Assembly (NCBI RefSeq): GCF_000150275.1
Contig: NW_002060953.1
Location: 1,399,693-1,463,692 of the forward strand
DNA length: 64,000 bases
Direction of reading: 5' to 3'
Source of the DNA: Trichoplax adhaerens
Lineage: Eukaryota > Animalia > Placozoa
Under the pieces are notes generated by a model. The model was not told the DNA's origin. It made no database searches and saw only the letters and a list, made by a program, of their open reading frames with translations. Below are positions 15,629 through 28,532 of the stretch, in pieces. A program made the position numbers and the translations under genes. The stretch's first letter is position 1. Each line of letters starts with the position of its first letter.

Positions 15629-16621
15629 ATGACGACAAAGTTTATTTATCCCGTGGACAAAACGATTATTTGGAGTACAATCAGTGGGATCACCATTTTA
15701 ACCAACTCGTATATGTTAATCTTAATATGTCGGAAAAATAGATTATGGTCGTCGATTAACGCCATCTTGGCAAGCATGTTTACTGCTGGTATATTATTTG
15801 GATCTATCTATTTAATACCTAGATTCGCCTATGGAAATTTGATGGAATTAGGTTCATTTTGCCACCTCGTAATCTCGTTTGGTCAAGCATTAAGTGTCAT
15901 TTTTATGTTACATCAGTGTTTAGTATGTCTAGACCGTTATTTGGCAGTTCTTTCCCCACTTAAATATCGTCTATATACTGACAATAAAATCGTAATTACG
16001 GTTGTCTTATTGATCTGGTTACTAGCTTTTACTGGTGCTTCTATTCCATTAATGACATTTAGCCCAATTCAAGGACCAATTTGTAATCTAACAACGCAAC
16101 ATGTGGAGGCTGAAACAGTATTTTTATTTACGTTGTTGGGTGCATTATTTTTTCTACCTTTACTGGTTATATTAATAACTTACGCTCACATTATTCATAT
16201 TTTTAACCATCGTGATCCTTTAGTTTTACCTGTACATCAAAATAGTACAAAATTAAGCTTCTTACAGAAAAATCGTAAACTAGTAATGAATGTTGCTATT
16301 ATAACATCAGTATTAATTGTAATGTGGTGCCCTTATGTTACAATTGTTTTAATATATAGGGTTAAAACAAGCTATTCTCCTTTTGAACTGACAGTTATAA
16401 ACATTGTTCAGTATTTCGCTTTCAGTTATCCTGCAGTATCGCCACTACTTTATGCCTATAACATGAAGAGTTTAAGACGGGAAGTTATTAAAGATTACAA
16501 CGCTTTCTGTTGCAACAGACAACGTCGACGAGTGCATACTGAATTATCAATACGTCAGTCCAATATATCTAATGTTAATCATACAAATTTAGCGAGAAAG
16601 TTTCCTCCAGAATTAGATTAA
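15629..16621 (+). CDS. Class A GPCR, intronless CDS, array member 2 (330 aa)
   Basis: 7TM with CLDRYLAV..PLKYR, TM5 FFLPLLVILITY, TM6 MWCPY, TM7 VSPLLY and helix 8 SLRRE. Clear paralogue of the neighbours (ILASMFTA in TM2). Confidence 0.95.
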   Translation: MTTKFIYPVDKTIIWSTISGITILTNSYMLILICRKNRLWSSINAILASMFTAGILFGSIYLIPRFAYGNLMELGSFCHLVISFGQALSVIFMLHQCLVCLDRYLAVLSPLKYRLYTDNKIVITVVLLIWLLAFTGASIPLMTFSPIQGPICNLTTQHVEAETVFLFTLLGALFFLPLLVILITYAHIIHIFNHRDPLVLPVHQNSTKLSFLQKNRKLVMNVAIITSVLIVMWCPYVTIVLIYRVKTSYSPFELTVINIVQYFAFSYPAVSPLLYAYNMKSLRREVIKDYNAFCCNRQRRRVHTELSIRQSNISNVNHTNLARKFPPELD

Positions 16622-19600
16622 CTGATTTTTAGTATTTACTGTAACAAAATGTTACAATCTCATCATTATAAATTTTATTACGTAAAGGTTATTAAAAAAA
16701 TTGAAAGATTAAGATGTAAGACATCAATAACTCTTGTTATTTTCAGCAGTTGGTCTCCATTTTATCCTTGATTTAAACTTATAAATTAAATTAATTGTAC
16801 CTTTACGTTCGTAATAACTCAATTGTTTAATTACAATGCTAAAAGAGCAATAGCCATTTTTAACATAGAATGTATTAAATCACGGTTGAAGCATCATATC
16901 ATATCATTATCTCTTTGCGTGTAAAAATTTATGTTACAATTTTTCTTCTAATTTCCACTTTCATGAGCGAAATATTTATGATTCATTATTAAAATTCGAC
17001 TATATCATGGTGATTACTCAGAATGATCAGAAAATAATTTTAAGTATAGGATACTTGATATGACTGAAAACTGTGTAGAGCGTAATACCACGAGAACAAA
17101 GCCTTACTTGTCGCTATCTTACGTTGCGATCAATTAGATTAAGAGGAATTTGCCACTTTTAATAAGTTATTGTAGTAACTACTATATTAACAAGGATTCT
17201 TATTCGAGTATTTACCATTTACAGGTATTTATCACTGTTTTATTAATCTCAATCTTATTCTAGATTATTCAGGATAATGATGATTTAATAAATGATTCAT
17301 TAAGACATAAGATAGTATAGCACATATATCGAAGCATGATCAAAATTTCTTCGCACTTTAATGTATCAGATAGCTATATGCTATAAGATTTTCTATATTA
17401 TTTAGCAAGCTAGGCTTAGCATAAAAAATTGAAAATAGTTATTTATTCTTATTTTAATTACATATTTACTTATACACTATCCAAACAGTCATATACATGC
17501 AGATATACTAGCATACATATGTTAGAATGACGATAAGAAAACCAATTAGTTTGCTAACTTATAAAACCTAACAGTGAATTTGCAAAAGCACTTCCAATAC
17601 CGTACAAATGATCAACTAATTAATCGTATAACTGTAGGATCTTTTAAACAAAAAATTCAAGAAAATAGTAAAAGATACACGATATCAAATTGTCACTTAT
17701 CTCGACTACAAAATAGCAGTAGTTGTTAAGAGTACCTCTACAAGCCTTGATTAATTATTTATAATAAGCTGTAAGCGCTAATACACAAATATTAGGAGCT
17801 ATTTACAGCTTTAAAATTAATTTTATCCATAATATTGGCAATATATGAGCTGACTATAGCGCTCTGTAATAAGCTTGCTTCATTACAGAAATTGCATTTG
17901 AAGACGCTAATGCTAGTTATAGAAAAACTAGATTTTAATTTTAGGTTTCTAATAGTTAACCGGAATTTACGTAGAAAATTGTTTTAAGTGCTATAGTTTC
18001 GTCTGTCGTGAATATACTAAAAAACTAATTGCGTATTTACACATTGCAATAGTTCTTATAATATTTACTCACCTTCAAACTAAATTAGCAAAAATGTCTG
18101 CTAATTTTATGTGGTTAATCGAAATAGTATGGTTTTATATGCTGGGCATATTTCTAACTCTACATTTTTGGTCTAATTGAAGTTTTAATAGCCTCGATAT
18201 GATTTAAAAAAGTATTTGTTTGCCTATTAAAAATGATGAAAAACAGGCTGCGATAGCATTATCAATGGCAGCGTAAAGGTCGTATGTTTTAGCAGCAGCT
18301 GAAAAATCCATAATACTTAGAACCCGAATCCAGCAATAAGGAAATTTCTTCTTATTGGATCATTTCCTTTTGCTTTTTCAAGGGCAATCAGGTTTCACTC
18401 TCTAATTCTAATTGTATAATTGGCAAGATATAGCTGTGTAGCTGGAAAGCATTCAGTAATTAATTGTTTATAAATTGTAAATTTTGCTGTCATAATTAAG
18501 ATTATCAGGTTTTTAGATTGTCAGGATAGACATTGATAGAGGTGAGATGAACCAAACTTATGTAATATAGTGAAATGTACGCGAAACTGTAGTTCTTGTT
18601 ATATTTATGAAAAGATACTTTATTATAAGTAGTGAGATAAGTCAAGCTATCATAAATATGAAGTGCCGCACTGTAAGAAGAACTCAAAGAAGAATATTCG
18701 AGGCCTAATAAGTGCTTTTAATACGACGTCGAACGAGTAACTGATTCTTAATTTGAAATTCATTAGAAAAAATATAAACAGAATGCAGTAGCGGAATCGA
18801 TAGAAAATAACCATAAATTCGGATTTTGGGAAAACATTTCAAAGCTTTATCCGTAATTATGTAGAGTGATTAAGCAATTTCTTTTGATATAATTAAAAAT
18901 GTCTTTAAATTTAATGTCGTTAACTTTTTCAGAATGTAATTTTACAGCAAAAGCTTACATTGCGTAAATAGTAAGGTATGAATAACGAAATACTAGATAT
19001 CATAAAACATCAAAGAAATATCTTACTAGAAGCAAATTTACAATTTATATTGATTAAGGATACAAGAAGATTATTACTGAAATTCAAACATAGATAGTAA
19101 CTAACACATATTTTTATGAAACAATCCGAAAATAGTAATAGCGTCTAGGTACTAATTTGTTGTTATGGATGTCAAATGTTTTGCATTGGATATAATTAGT
19201 ATGTAAAAATAATTAGATCAAATCAAGTCTATCATTTGATTTTGACTTCGTAATCAGAAATATAAATCGGCTGTGCCTAACTTAATCGCTTACGCTCAAC
19301 GATTGCTTATACTTTCGTTTCATTATCTTGAATAAAATTGCAGTCTCAAATTGAATTAAGAAAGTTAAGTGCATAGTCTAAATTAACGTTTTGAGTGCAA
19401 TTCTTTCCAAGAATAATACTAATAATAAAAATGTCCTTGACCTATTTAATGAAACTGTTCTCGCATACATATTTCAGTGGCCATTAAAGGATATTAATAA
19501 GCTCTAAAATAAGCTTGTTTTAATTAACAGAGCACAAACAATTCTAGGTAGGTAATAGAAAACCATATCAACAGCTTTCAGTAGATTGGATTTGGAATTT

Positions 19601-21612
19601 GGTGATCAACATACTTTACTGCCAGTTCACCAGCTATAATTATAAGACATATTCAATTAATTATTTAAATTGCTTCTTTAATATTTTTTGCTGGGTTATG
19701 AAGCTTATATATATAAAGAAGATAACTGACATTTGACCTTCGCATACAAATTATTAGGAAGAAACTTTGTTTTATCCATTAGCGACCGTGCATAATTTAT
19801 TACTTTTATACAGCAATGATTGCTTGGGGAAGCATAGCAATTGCTGCCTATTCTCTATATTTAATTAACGAATTTCTGCTGCAACGTTTCTTTTCATGTA
19901 TCTTTTTTTGAATTAATCTATTTCCTGTTTATACATAAAAGGCAATGTGGAAGAAACCAAATATTTTTAATAAAGTTAAATTTACGTCTATGTCTATTCC
20001 TATTGATTAAATAGGCGAAGTATCTTCTCAAATACAATGCCAAGAATAAAGTATGATTCGAGTACTTTTATTACAGTTTTAAATATTTTTAAATTAAAAC
20101 AACACATTTCTAACGCATATAAAATCATGAAACCGAAAATTTTGACTATTTTCCGATAAAGCTCTATTACTTCCTACTAGAGTAACATTAATTAAACTTG
20201 TCAGCTGATTGCCAAATAATCTAACTTTTCAATTTGCAATTCAAAATTCTTTTTTCGGCTTAAAATATTGATTTCTCATATGCTTTAGCATTATAGTTAT
20301 TCTTTTAGTAGAATTTTGAGTCGGAATTCATTTTTTTATCTATTTCTAATCATTGTAAATAAATTAATATTTACAAATTTCCTTTCCAGCCCACTATGAC
20401 ATAATGTCTCTCAAAATCAGCCTATTGTTAAATCTAACTTACCTAATTAGTATTTGCATCTGCAAAGGTAAATTTACTCACCGTAAAATAGTGACTAGAA
20501 GAATACAACTCTCAAGTTAATGTTTACCCTAGTGTCAATTGAAAATTGGTCACTATTAATAATTCGTCCTGGTAGACTACTGTCGTACATTTCAAAGAAA
20601 AGCTTATAAACGGTAATATTTTGAATTCTACTTATCTATTAGCTATAGCTATATCAATAAACGAGTTTGCAATAAATATTTTATTTTTAACTAAGAGTTA
20701 TGCATCTGCAAAGCGGCTGTTTATCCATTATTTAATATTTTATATTATCATTTAATGTCAAAGTAAAAAAGTAAAGTGAGTATTATAAATTCAACTTTAA
20801 TTCAAAGTTGTCAATCATAACTTATAGAACTTTAGCCATTAGATCACTTGAACCCTGGTACCATTCTGCAAAACCATATGAAAATTGAAAACATCGAATT
20901 ATACCTTCACAATATCAATGATATCGAATAGTTTAACAGTAAATAATCGTGCAAAACTGAGCCGTTCTCAACCGAGTCTTACCCTATTAAAGAACATAAA
21001 GTGGAAATATACAAGTTGAATAAAGTAATTGTCTGAACTTTTTAGCAGTTCTATCCCCAGTTCAAGACCAAAGAAAAAGGCGGCAGAGAATTATTGATTC
21101 AGCTGCTGAAAGCGAAAATTTTAATTATTACAAAATTGCTGCCACAACTGGTTTAATTTACATCACAATTACAATATTCTATGTTTAAAAACATAATGTA
21201 ATCCAGATTAGCTCTCAGTCACTAATAGTATTGTTTATAATGAAAAATTTATATCAGAATAATTCATAATATAATATTACGATTGGTTATGTACTTGTAA
21301 TCGGATCTGGCTTATGCTCTAATCCTGCTTTATTTACTTCTTCGATAAGCCATTCCATCAACATTAAAGTATCAGTAACGAATTATCAGAAACAGAGAAG
21401 GTGAACGATATATTTACGATAAAATCTATATTCCATTCTAGCATCGTGTCTATAAAATATTGTAATCAGCATTTTGTAGCATTTAATATTGCAAAATCTT
21501 ATTTCAGTAAATAGTTTGTATAGATAGTAATTTCATTTTTTCTGTTGGTAGGAGAGCAGTTGATACAGCCTCAGCACTTTCTACTTAAAATTCTTATTAA
21601 AGTAGCAATATA

Positions 21613-22617
21613 ATGCAAGGGAACGAGGAGACAACAGCGAGCGCCCAATATATTCCTGTTGTCAATATAGCGGCAATGGTTATTTGGATCGTTATTGGTG
21701 CTTCAGCAATTATCTGTAATGTTTTCGTTATTGTTATTATTCAGCGTAATAAGCGATTAAGATGCTTATCAATGTATAAACTTATGACCAGTATGTTCGC
21801 CGGTAATTTGGTATTGGCAATTTTCTATGTATGCTTAAAATATGCTTTCCCATTTCATAATTTACTTAAAGTCTATTGTTCAGTATCCATATTATTAGCC
21901 ATGGGAATGGCATTTAATACCGCTATTCATCATAGTGCGATTAGCATCGATCGCTATATTGCCGTTTCCAGACCGATTAAATATCGCCGGTTAACTACTA
22001 GTCATGGTATTCGTTTAATTATTGCTATAATTTGGATGCTATCATTATTGATTGGATTTACGCCAGTATTAACCTATCGTCGAATTGATACCAATAAATG
22101 CTATGGCCTGGAAGATTATTCTACTTTTGACGCTAATCATTTTATGGCTATTACAGGGATCTTCTTTTTGGTACCGTTAGCCATTATTAGTTATTGCTAC
22201 GTCAGAATTTATACTCTGATTAATAGGAGATGGAGAGTACGCTTTAATAGTGCTAATACTAAGTGTACATCACGTTTCCGTAAAAAAAATACCAAAATGG
22301 CTAAGCAGATGGCTGTTATGACTCTCGTTTATGCCGCTATGGGCTTCCCCTACACCGTAACAAGCGTCTTACATTATACTAAAGTATCGACTAATATTAA
22401 TTTCACTTCAGCCTATTTCGTACCCAGAATCATCTTCTTCTTATATCCAACGGTATCAACCTTGTTGTACTGCTATTATATTAAAAGCTTAAGAGCTGCT
22501 ATTATTATTGTCTTTAAGAAAAAACCGTCGCCTCAGTCTAGGGCAACAATATCGCTTGAAGCATCTTTAGCCTCTAGTAACAGGATTTCTAGTAAGGTAA
22601 AGAAACACATCAATTAA
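21613..22617 (+). CDS. Class A GPCR, intronless CDS, array member 3 (334 aa)
   Basis: 7TM with SIDRYIAVSRPIKYR, TM5 FLVPLAIISYCY, KMAKQMAV before TM6, GFPY, TM7 YPTVSTLLY and SLR helix 8. Confidence 0.95.
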   Translation: MQGNEETTASAQYIPVVNIAAMVIWIVIGASAIICNVFVIVIIQRNKRLRCLSMYKLMTSMFAGNLVLAIFYVCLKYAFPFHNLLKVYCSVSILLAMGMAFNTAIHHSAISIDRYIAVSRPIKYRRLTTSHGIRLIIAIIWMLSLLIGFTPVLTYRRIDTNKCYGLEDYSTFDANHFMAITGIFFLVPLAIISYCYVRIYTLINRRWRVRFNSANTKCTSRFRKKNTKMAKQMAVMTLVYAAMGFPYTVTSVLHYTKVSTNINFTSAYFVPRIIFFLYPTVSTLLYCYYIKSLRAAIIIVFKKKPSPQSRATISLEASLASSNRISSKVKKHIN

Positions 22618-24382
22618 ATTATTTATGACATAATATATCGGTTAGTCAAATTTCGGATGTAATACTTTCCTGCTGATGATAGCATATTTTCTCTGATTTA
22701 TAAATAATTCTACAAACAGGTGATACCAGCGATTGGTAAAACCGTAACGAATGTAGAAACGGTCGACGATCAAGTTCGCTTCGCTGCATTTTAAGTTCCT
22801 ATATGGTATGCAGGCATACGTACAAACGGCATGATTACAGAATTACAAGTTTGTAACAGAAAGTTTATCATTAATGGGTCATCAATTATATATTCAATAG
22901 TACTAATGCTCATGTAGATCTACAGATCTAAAATGTTGATTTTTTTTATAAATTTGCGGACTAAATTGTCTTAACATATTACTTTGAGAAGCAACAAAAT
23001 TAATCCTAAATGATAAAACCGAATAGAGATTAAGCAATCTTGATTTATAAGAAAAAAATTTAATTTTATAATGCGATTCTCATTTTACCTAATTTGATTG
23101 CAGGATATCTATCTCCTTTCTAGACCACTTAGTTTATTCAGAATATGCTATCACAAATCGAATTAGACCACCTACATTTAATGCAAGACGAGTACACCAA
23201 ATTCGACCACATCACAATCATAATATGAAGTACTTATTTTGTTATTTTTGGAAAAAACTATTTCATCTATAGTTGCCTAAGGCAACCGCTGCAGTTACTA
23301 TGATGCTCACTAATAGCTATTTATTGCCAACGCGCTAACTATGACAAAGAAAATATAACAATAAAGCACTACATTATAAAAATGATTCAAATAAAGCTTT
23401 AAAATACTTAAATGGCCATGTTCAAACAGTTGATGAACTAAAATATTGCGAAAAAATTCTAGCATAGTAATAAAGTGATGCTTTCTTGTACGGCTCTAAA
23501 TTAGCCAACGTTATTGTTAGCACTTCCATTTACTTCTTCAAATGTTTTAATTCTTATTATACACTTTAATTTCACTACTAATTGATAAAAATGACTTATT
23601 TGTTATCCAACAGAAAATTTATAAATGTACTTGTTATTCTAATTATTTAATAAATTTTGTCTTCAAATATGAGCCTGAGTATTTTAACTGGTGTGCGAAA
23701 TACTTTCAACTTTATAGTAAGCACTTTCTAGACCCAAAGAAATATTGACTTTAATTTTTGTAGTATGTCCTATGCTTATAACATAAGCTAAATACTCTTT
23801 TCCGGTATAAAAGTTGAAATATGGATTGATAATTATAGCCTTAGGAAGGCTTTTATCAGTAGTGATTTAATCATATTTGTGAATCGTTCTAGCTTAAACT
23901 ACATTTGCGGTAATTGCACGATTACAGTATGATTTGAGAAATGATAGGGTGCTTCATCAGGTATTAAAATAATTCATGTTCTGAAACCTCATTTAAATTT
24001 AAAACCTTCTTCACAAGCGATTAACCTTACTATTCTTTCGGATTGAAGAATTACGAATGAAGCATCGTAATACTAACCATACTAATTATAATCTTCCTAA
24101 TGTTCAGCTTAATATTTATTAGCAGGTTATAATGAAAGGTGAATGAATCTGATTTTAGTTTAGCTACAGATCTGTTGGATCTTGTCTTACGATTCTGATG
24201 AATCGTTGTACAGTATAATAGGAGTACCAACCACGTCACTAAAAATTATAATTGTTACTTCTAGGCGCAGAATTATAGACACTAGCTATTTTTATCAGAC
24301 TGTACGAGTTTACTTGAGAATATCACTTCATTTTGTTGCAATGCTATGAATAAGATTATAGAAAGTTCTTAATATTAAGTTT

Positions 24383-24906
24383 ACTCTATAATATTCTAGA
24401 ATAGTCTCCGATAAATTTTGTTTCATACGTATAATTAATTGAATATCCATCTATCAGCCGTCAGATTATCAAGTAATATCAACCACGTAATCTAGGATGA
24501 TCCAGGAAACAAATCATATCGCCGAATGGATAGGGATATCCAATATTTTCATCATAAACTCTATAATATCTCAGAATGATCTCCGACAAATAATGTTTGT
24601 TCTTTATGATCAATAAAGTATCAATCTATTATCCATCAGATCATCCAGCAATATCAATAATATAGTCTAGGATGACCTGCGAAACAAATCATATCGTCTA
24701 GTAGATATGATTATTTAATATTTTCATCATAACGTTTACCGTAAAAAGCACAATATCCTAGAATAGTCTCCGACATGTATATTTATTACTTATGATTAAG
24801 TATCAATTTATCGGCCTCTAGATGACTCCAGTAATAATCATCGCGTATTATAAGATGATCTATGAATCATATTATATCGATTAGATCATAGGATTATCCA
24901 ATATTT
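24383..24906. repeat. Degenerate tandem repeat, three copies of about 175-190 bp
   Basis: Units start at about 24383, 24558 and 24750 with AATAT..AGAAT..TCTCCGA. Each carries a TCTAGGATGA-like, an AATCAT.TCG-like and an AATATTT(TCATCATAA) block. Confidence 0.85.
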
Positions 24907-27509
24907 GAATAACTTCTTTCTTTTGCTATCTATGTTGAACTGTTTATAACTACCAACATTATTAAGCTCTATTACTCATAGCTGAAACTCTTATCGCAAT
25001 GACAAATTATTTTATTTTTCGAACTATTTGAGATAGTCAGTCCTTGTTTCAAGTTGGATTCACAATTTCATTACCTAAAGTGAACGTTGAAGTAGCATTG
25101 TGAATTAATAATATCATAAAGCCATAGCAGTGATGTTACTAAATCAGATCAACTATCCTCTAAAAGGAGAGACTACAATTACTATCGTACCTATCGGCAT
25201 TATTAAATCTAACAGTAAGGATAACTAACATTAAAGGCGGAATATAAGTTCTCATCTTAAGTATCATCTGTTCATAACTGCATAATTCGCAGGTAACTGA
25301 GGTTAATTTGTTATTCAAATTTGATCAGAATCACTAAAGGAATAGATGTAAAGTACGAATAAACATTATTATCAAATCATCAGTTCATTGCAACTTATCT
25401 TATATGCAAGTAAACTTAATTGATTGATCAAATAAGACTGATATAACTGCAGTTTGAGATTAAACTGCTAATAACTGCTATTATTGATTATTTGCCTAAG
25501 TTGTAGCAATTGATTTGGATTGAATAATAGTCTATGATCAAAAAGAATCATGATCTCTAATTACTGGACAATCAATCAGTATAGTTTATTTCATTGCAAA
25601 ATAAAACTTAACACTCTTTTTATCCGGATTAATAAAGATTCAATACAGATTACAAAACAGTAATTGTTTGTTAAATTAGACGTTTTTATGACTCATAATC
25701 TTTTATGCCTTAGTATTGTTTCGCCTTCTCTAAATGTTGCATGGAAACTGAATCACGATCAAATATAGAAATTTTGCGACATAAATTATTTTCATTTTTA
25801 GCATTTAACGCCATCTCTACGTAGATTGATTCTTCATGAATGTCTTTGATGGATGCTATGATTGGTTATTGATGTAATTCTAACCATCGTCAATCTTCTA
25901 TAGATACTTTACGAAAACATTAACCTTTACTTAAGACTTTTAGTAAACAATTTTGAATAACGCTATCTGTTGCCTCTTTCCTTTGTTTAAAAACTCAAAG
26001 AAAATTTGACGATAAATGGTTATTTTCTCGCAAAAAAAAAATCGATTCCAGCCTATGAGAAACAGTTGCTAGATCAAATTACATTCGAATATGATAAACC
26101 TTAATTTAAGACCGTGTCGAAGTCAATAAAAGAATATCCAATAAGACCGGCGTTCGCTTTGCTGATGCTTCTTTGTTTACTATGGCCAAATTAAAATTTC
26201 AATCCAACTTTGTTGGTAACCAAGAGAGCCTCTATCTAAATATGTCATGATGACATATTGCTATAATCCTGTTAGTTAACTCCTTGACCGTCATTGCAGC
26301 ACCTTTTATAGAATTGTTTTTCTGAAATGTTGATCGTTCGGTAATGGTTCGACTTTATCTATAAAAGAATTATGTTATGATAACATACTACAGTAATCAT
26401 ATTTGTTAACTTCAGGATCATCTCTGTAAAACCTTTTTTAAGCATTATTTTTAAAAAATGTTGATAGTTTATCCATGCTTTGATTATTTCAACCGATTCA
26501 AGGGTAAATTTATAACATCACTATGGACCCCTTAGCAAATCATTGTAGAAGGTAAGAATGGTATCAACATGTGTGTTACCTCATCATTTTTACAATGAAT
26601 CCAGATTATATTATGGCTTTATAAATGTCAAAAAGAGGTCTAGAAAATAACAACTTGAAATTGAGGGAGGTACCTTAGAAGAACATCCATTGTTGATGAC
26701 AAATATGTCACCGATTATTATATTATCTTTCATTTAAATCTTTTGCCATCTTTCGAGTTAATGCTAATCATGTTAATCTGGTGCTAGTTTTAGAGGTAAG
26801 GCAGGATATTTTTGATAAGCACCTATTTTCACTTCTAGCCACTACAAATGTTATTGACTAGATGTCATCAAATATAAAATCTAGATGGCGTCCATGATTG
26901 ACTGACGACAATTTTTCCGCTATCTATAATCATTAATAGGAGACTATTGATAACTATCTTTGTCTCTTTGGAAATCAGATAATGTCATAATGATAATTTC
27001 TTAATTAAACGATCCTTTCTTTCTCAACGAAAATGTTAAAAAAATAAGTTTCAAAATAAGTCAATAATATTACCAATTAAAGGAATTGAAGAAAGATTGT
27101 TCTTTTACGGACTGATCTATGTTTGAAGTTGCCACATCGATGATCAAAATTATTTAGAATAGATCCTACGCGATATTAGAAAAATTGTTATAAATGATTG
27201 TGAGAAAAAGAGTCTGCAGTGTTAACAATAGCCAAACGTATTTGAACAATAATTAATTTCCATAACATATACTGTGGCATTCATTATCGTTTTTAATCCA
27301 GACAAATGCTGCTAGGAGAAGAAAAAAGCGAGACAATTGAGTTAGAGATTGTTTAAAGCAACTGGGTTCTCCAACGTCATCAATACTCATCTTCAACTGG
27401 CTTATTAGTAAAAGTTTTTGAAGCTACCGCTTCATTAGTGAATTTAAGAGATAAGTAATCTTACTTTGCTTGGGATAGAAAATAGTTCAAAGTTTCATTC
27501 CACGCCACC

Positions 27510-28532
27510 ATGAATTCAATGTTAAACAACAGTAACTCGACAAACCGTCCATCGATGTCAAATACTCAACCAGCTCCAGACCTTACTTATAGTCATGTTC
27601 TAATGGGCATCATTGGAGGAATGTGTATCATTACCAATGCCTTCATTTTCATAACCATCGTTCGACGAAAAAAGCTGCGTACTCCTGCCAATGATATCTT
27701 GCAAAGTATGTTTATCAGTGGATTTTTATTTGGTGCTGTTTACATTCTACCGAAATGGACCAATTTGGAATATTTAAGATGGCCAATCTACTGTTCATTA
27801 TCAGGTCCAATTGGTGTACACTTTACGCTAATTTTCAATTTTCATCAGTGCCTTATCTGTATTGATAAGTTGCTTGCCTTGCGATGGCCATTAAAATATC
27901 GTATCTCCATTAGCCATTGCAAAATGATCACAGTCATTATTGTGATATGGTTGGTGGCAGCTTTTGCTGCGTTCTCACCTTTAATGTTTTTCAGACCTAT
28001 CAGCAATGTCTATTGCATTCAAAGAAGCAGGGATATGGAAAAGGAAGCTTTATATTTAAAGATTATTTACGGTCTAGTCTTCTTTGTGCCTCTCATTCTG
28101 ATGGTTATTTCCTACACTGGTATCATAGTTATAGTTAATTCAAGAACAAGAATGGATCGCTACAGAAGCGATAAACATATTGATCAGAATTTTTTTTCAA
28201 TTACCATTAAAACTGCTAAACAAATGGCAGTTATAGCTGGTGCATTTGTAGTGCTGTGGTTACCATTTATTGCTATAAGTCTTTATGCTGTCAGTAACCC
28301 TTTTGCGCTATTTTTTCAAAGAAGCTGGTTTCAGCCTTTGTTTGAAACTCTTCGCTTCTTGGCATTTTCCTATCCGGCTATAAATCCAATATTTTGCGCT
28401 TACTATGTTAATAGTATTCGCAAAGCCTTGTATCAAGATGTAGGACGCAAATTGACGGTAGTCAAGAAACCTCCCTATAGCAATACTAACAGCACTAATC
28501 TTCCACTAAAGACTACTTCACAATCCTTTTAA
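27510..28532 (+). CDS. Class A GPCR, intronless CDS, array member 4 (340 aa)
   Basis: Strong Kozak context (GCCACCATG), N-terminal N-glycosylation sequons, KKLRTPAN in ICL1, CIDKL (DRY variant) ..PLKYR, FFVPLILMVISY, LWLPF, YPAINPIF and IRKAL. Confidence 0.95.
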   Translation: MNSMLNNSNSTNRPSMSNTQPAPDLTYSHVLMGIIGGMCIITNAFIFITIVRRKKLRTPANDILQSMFISGFLFGAVYILPKWTNLEYLRWPIYCSLSGPIGVHFTLIFNFHQCLICIDKLLALRWPLKYRISISHCKMITVIIVIWLVAAFAAFSPLMFFRPISNVYCIQRSRDMEKEALYLKIIYGLVFFVPLILMVISYTGIIVIVNSRTRMDRYRSDKHIDQNFFSITIKTAKQMAVIAGAFVVLWLPFIAISLYAVSNPFALFFQRSWFQPLFETLRFLAFSYPAINPIFCAYYVNSIRKALYQDVGRKLTVVKKPPYSNTNSTNLPLKTTSQSF

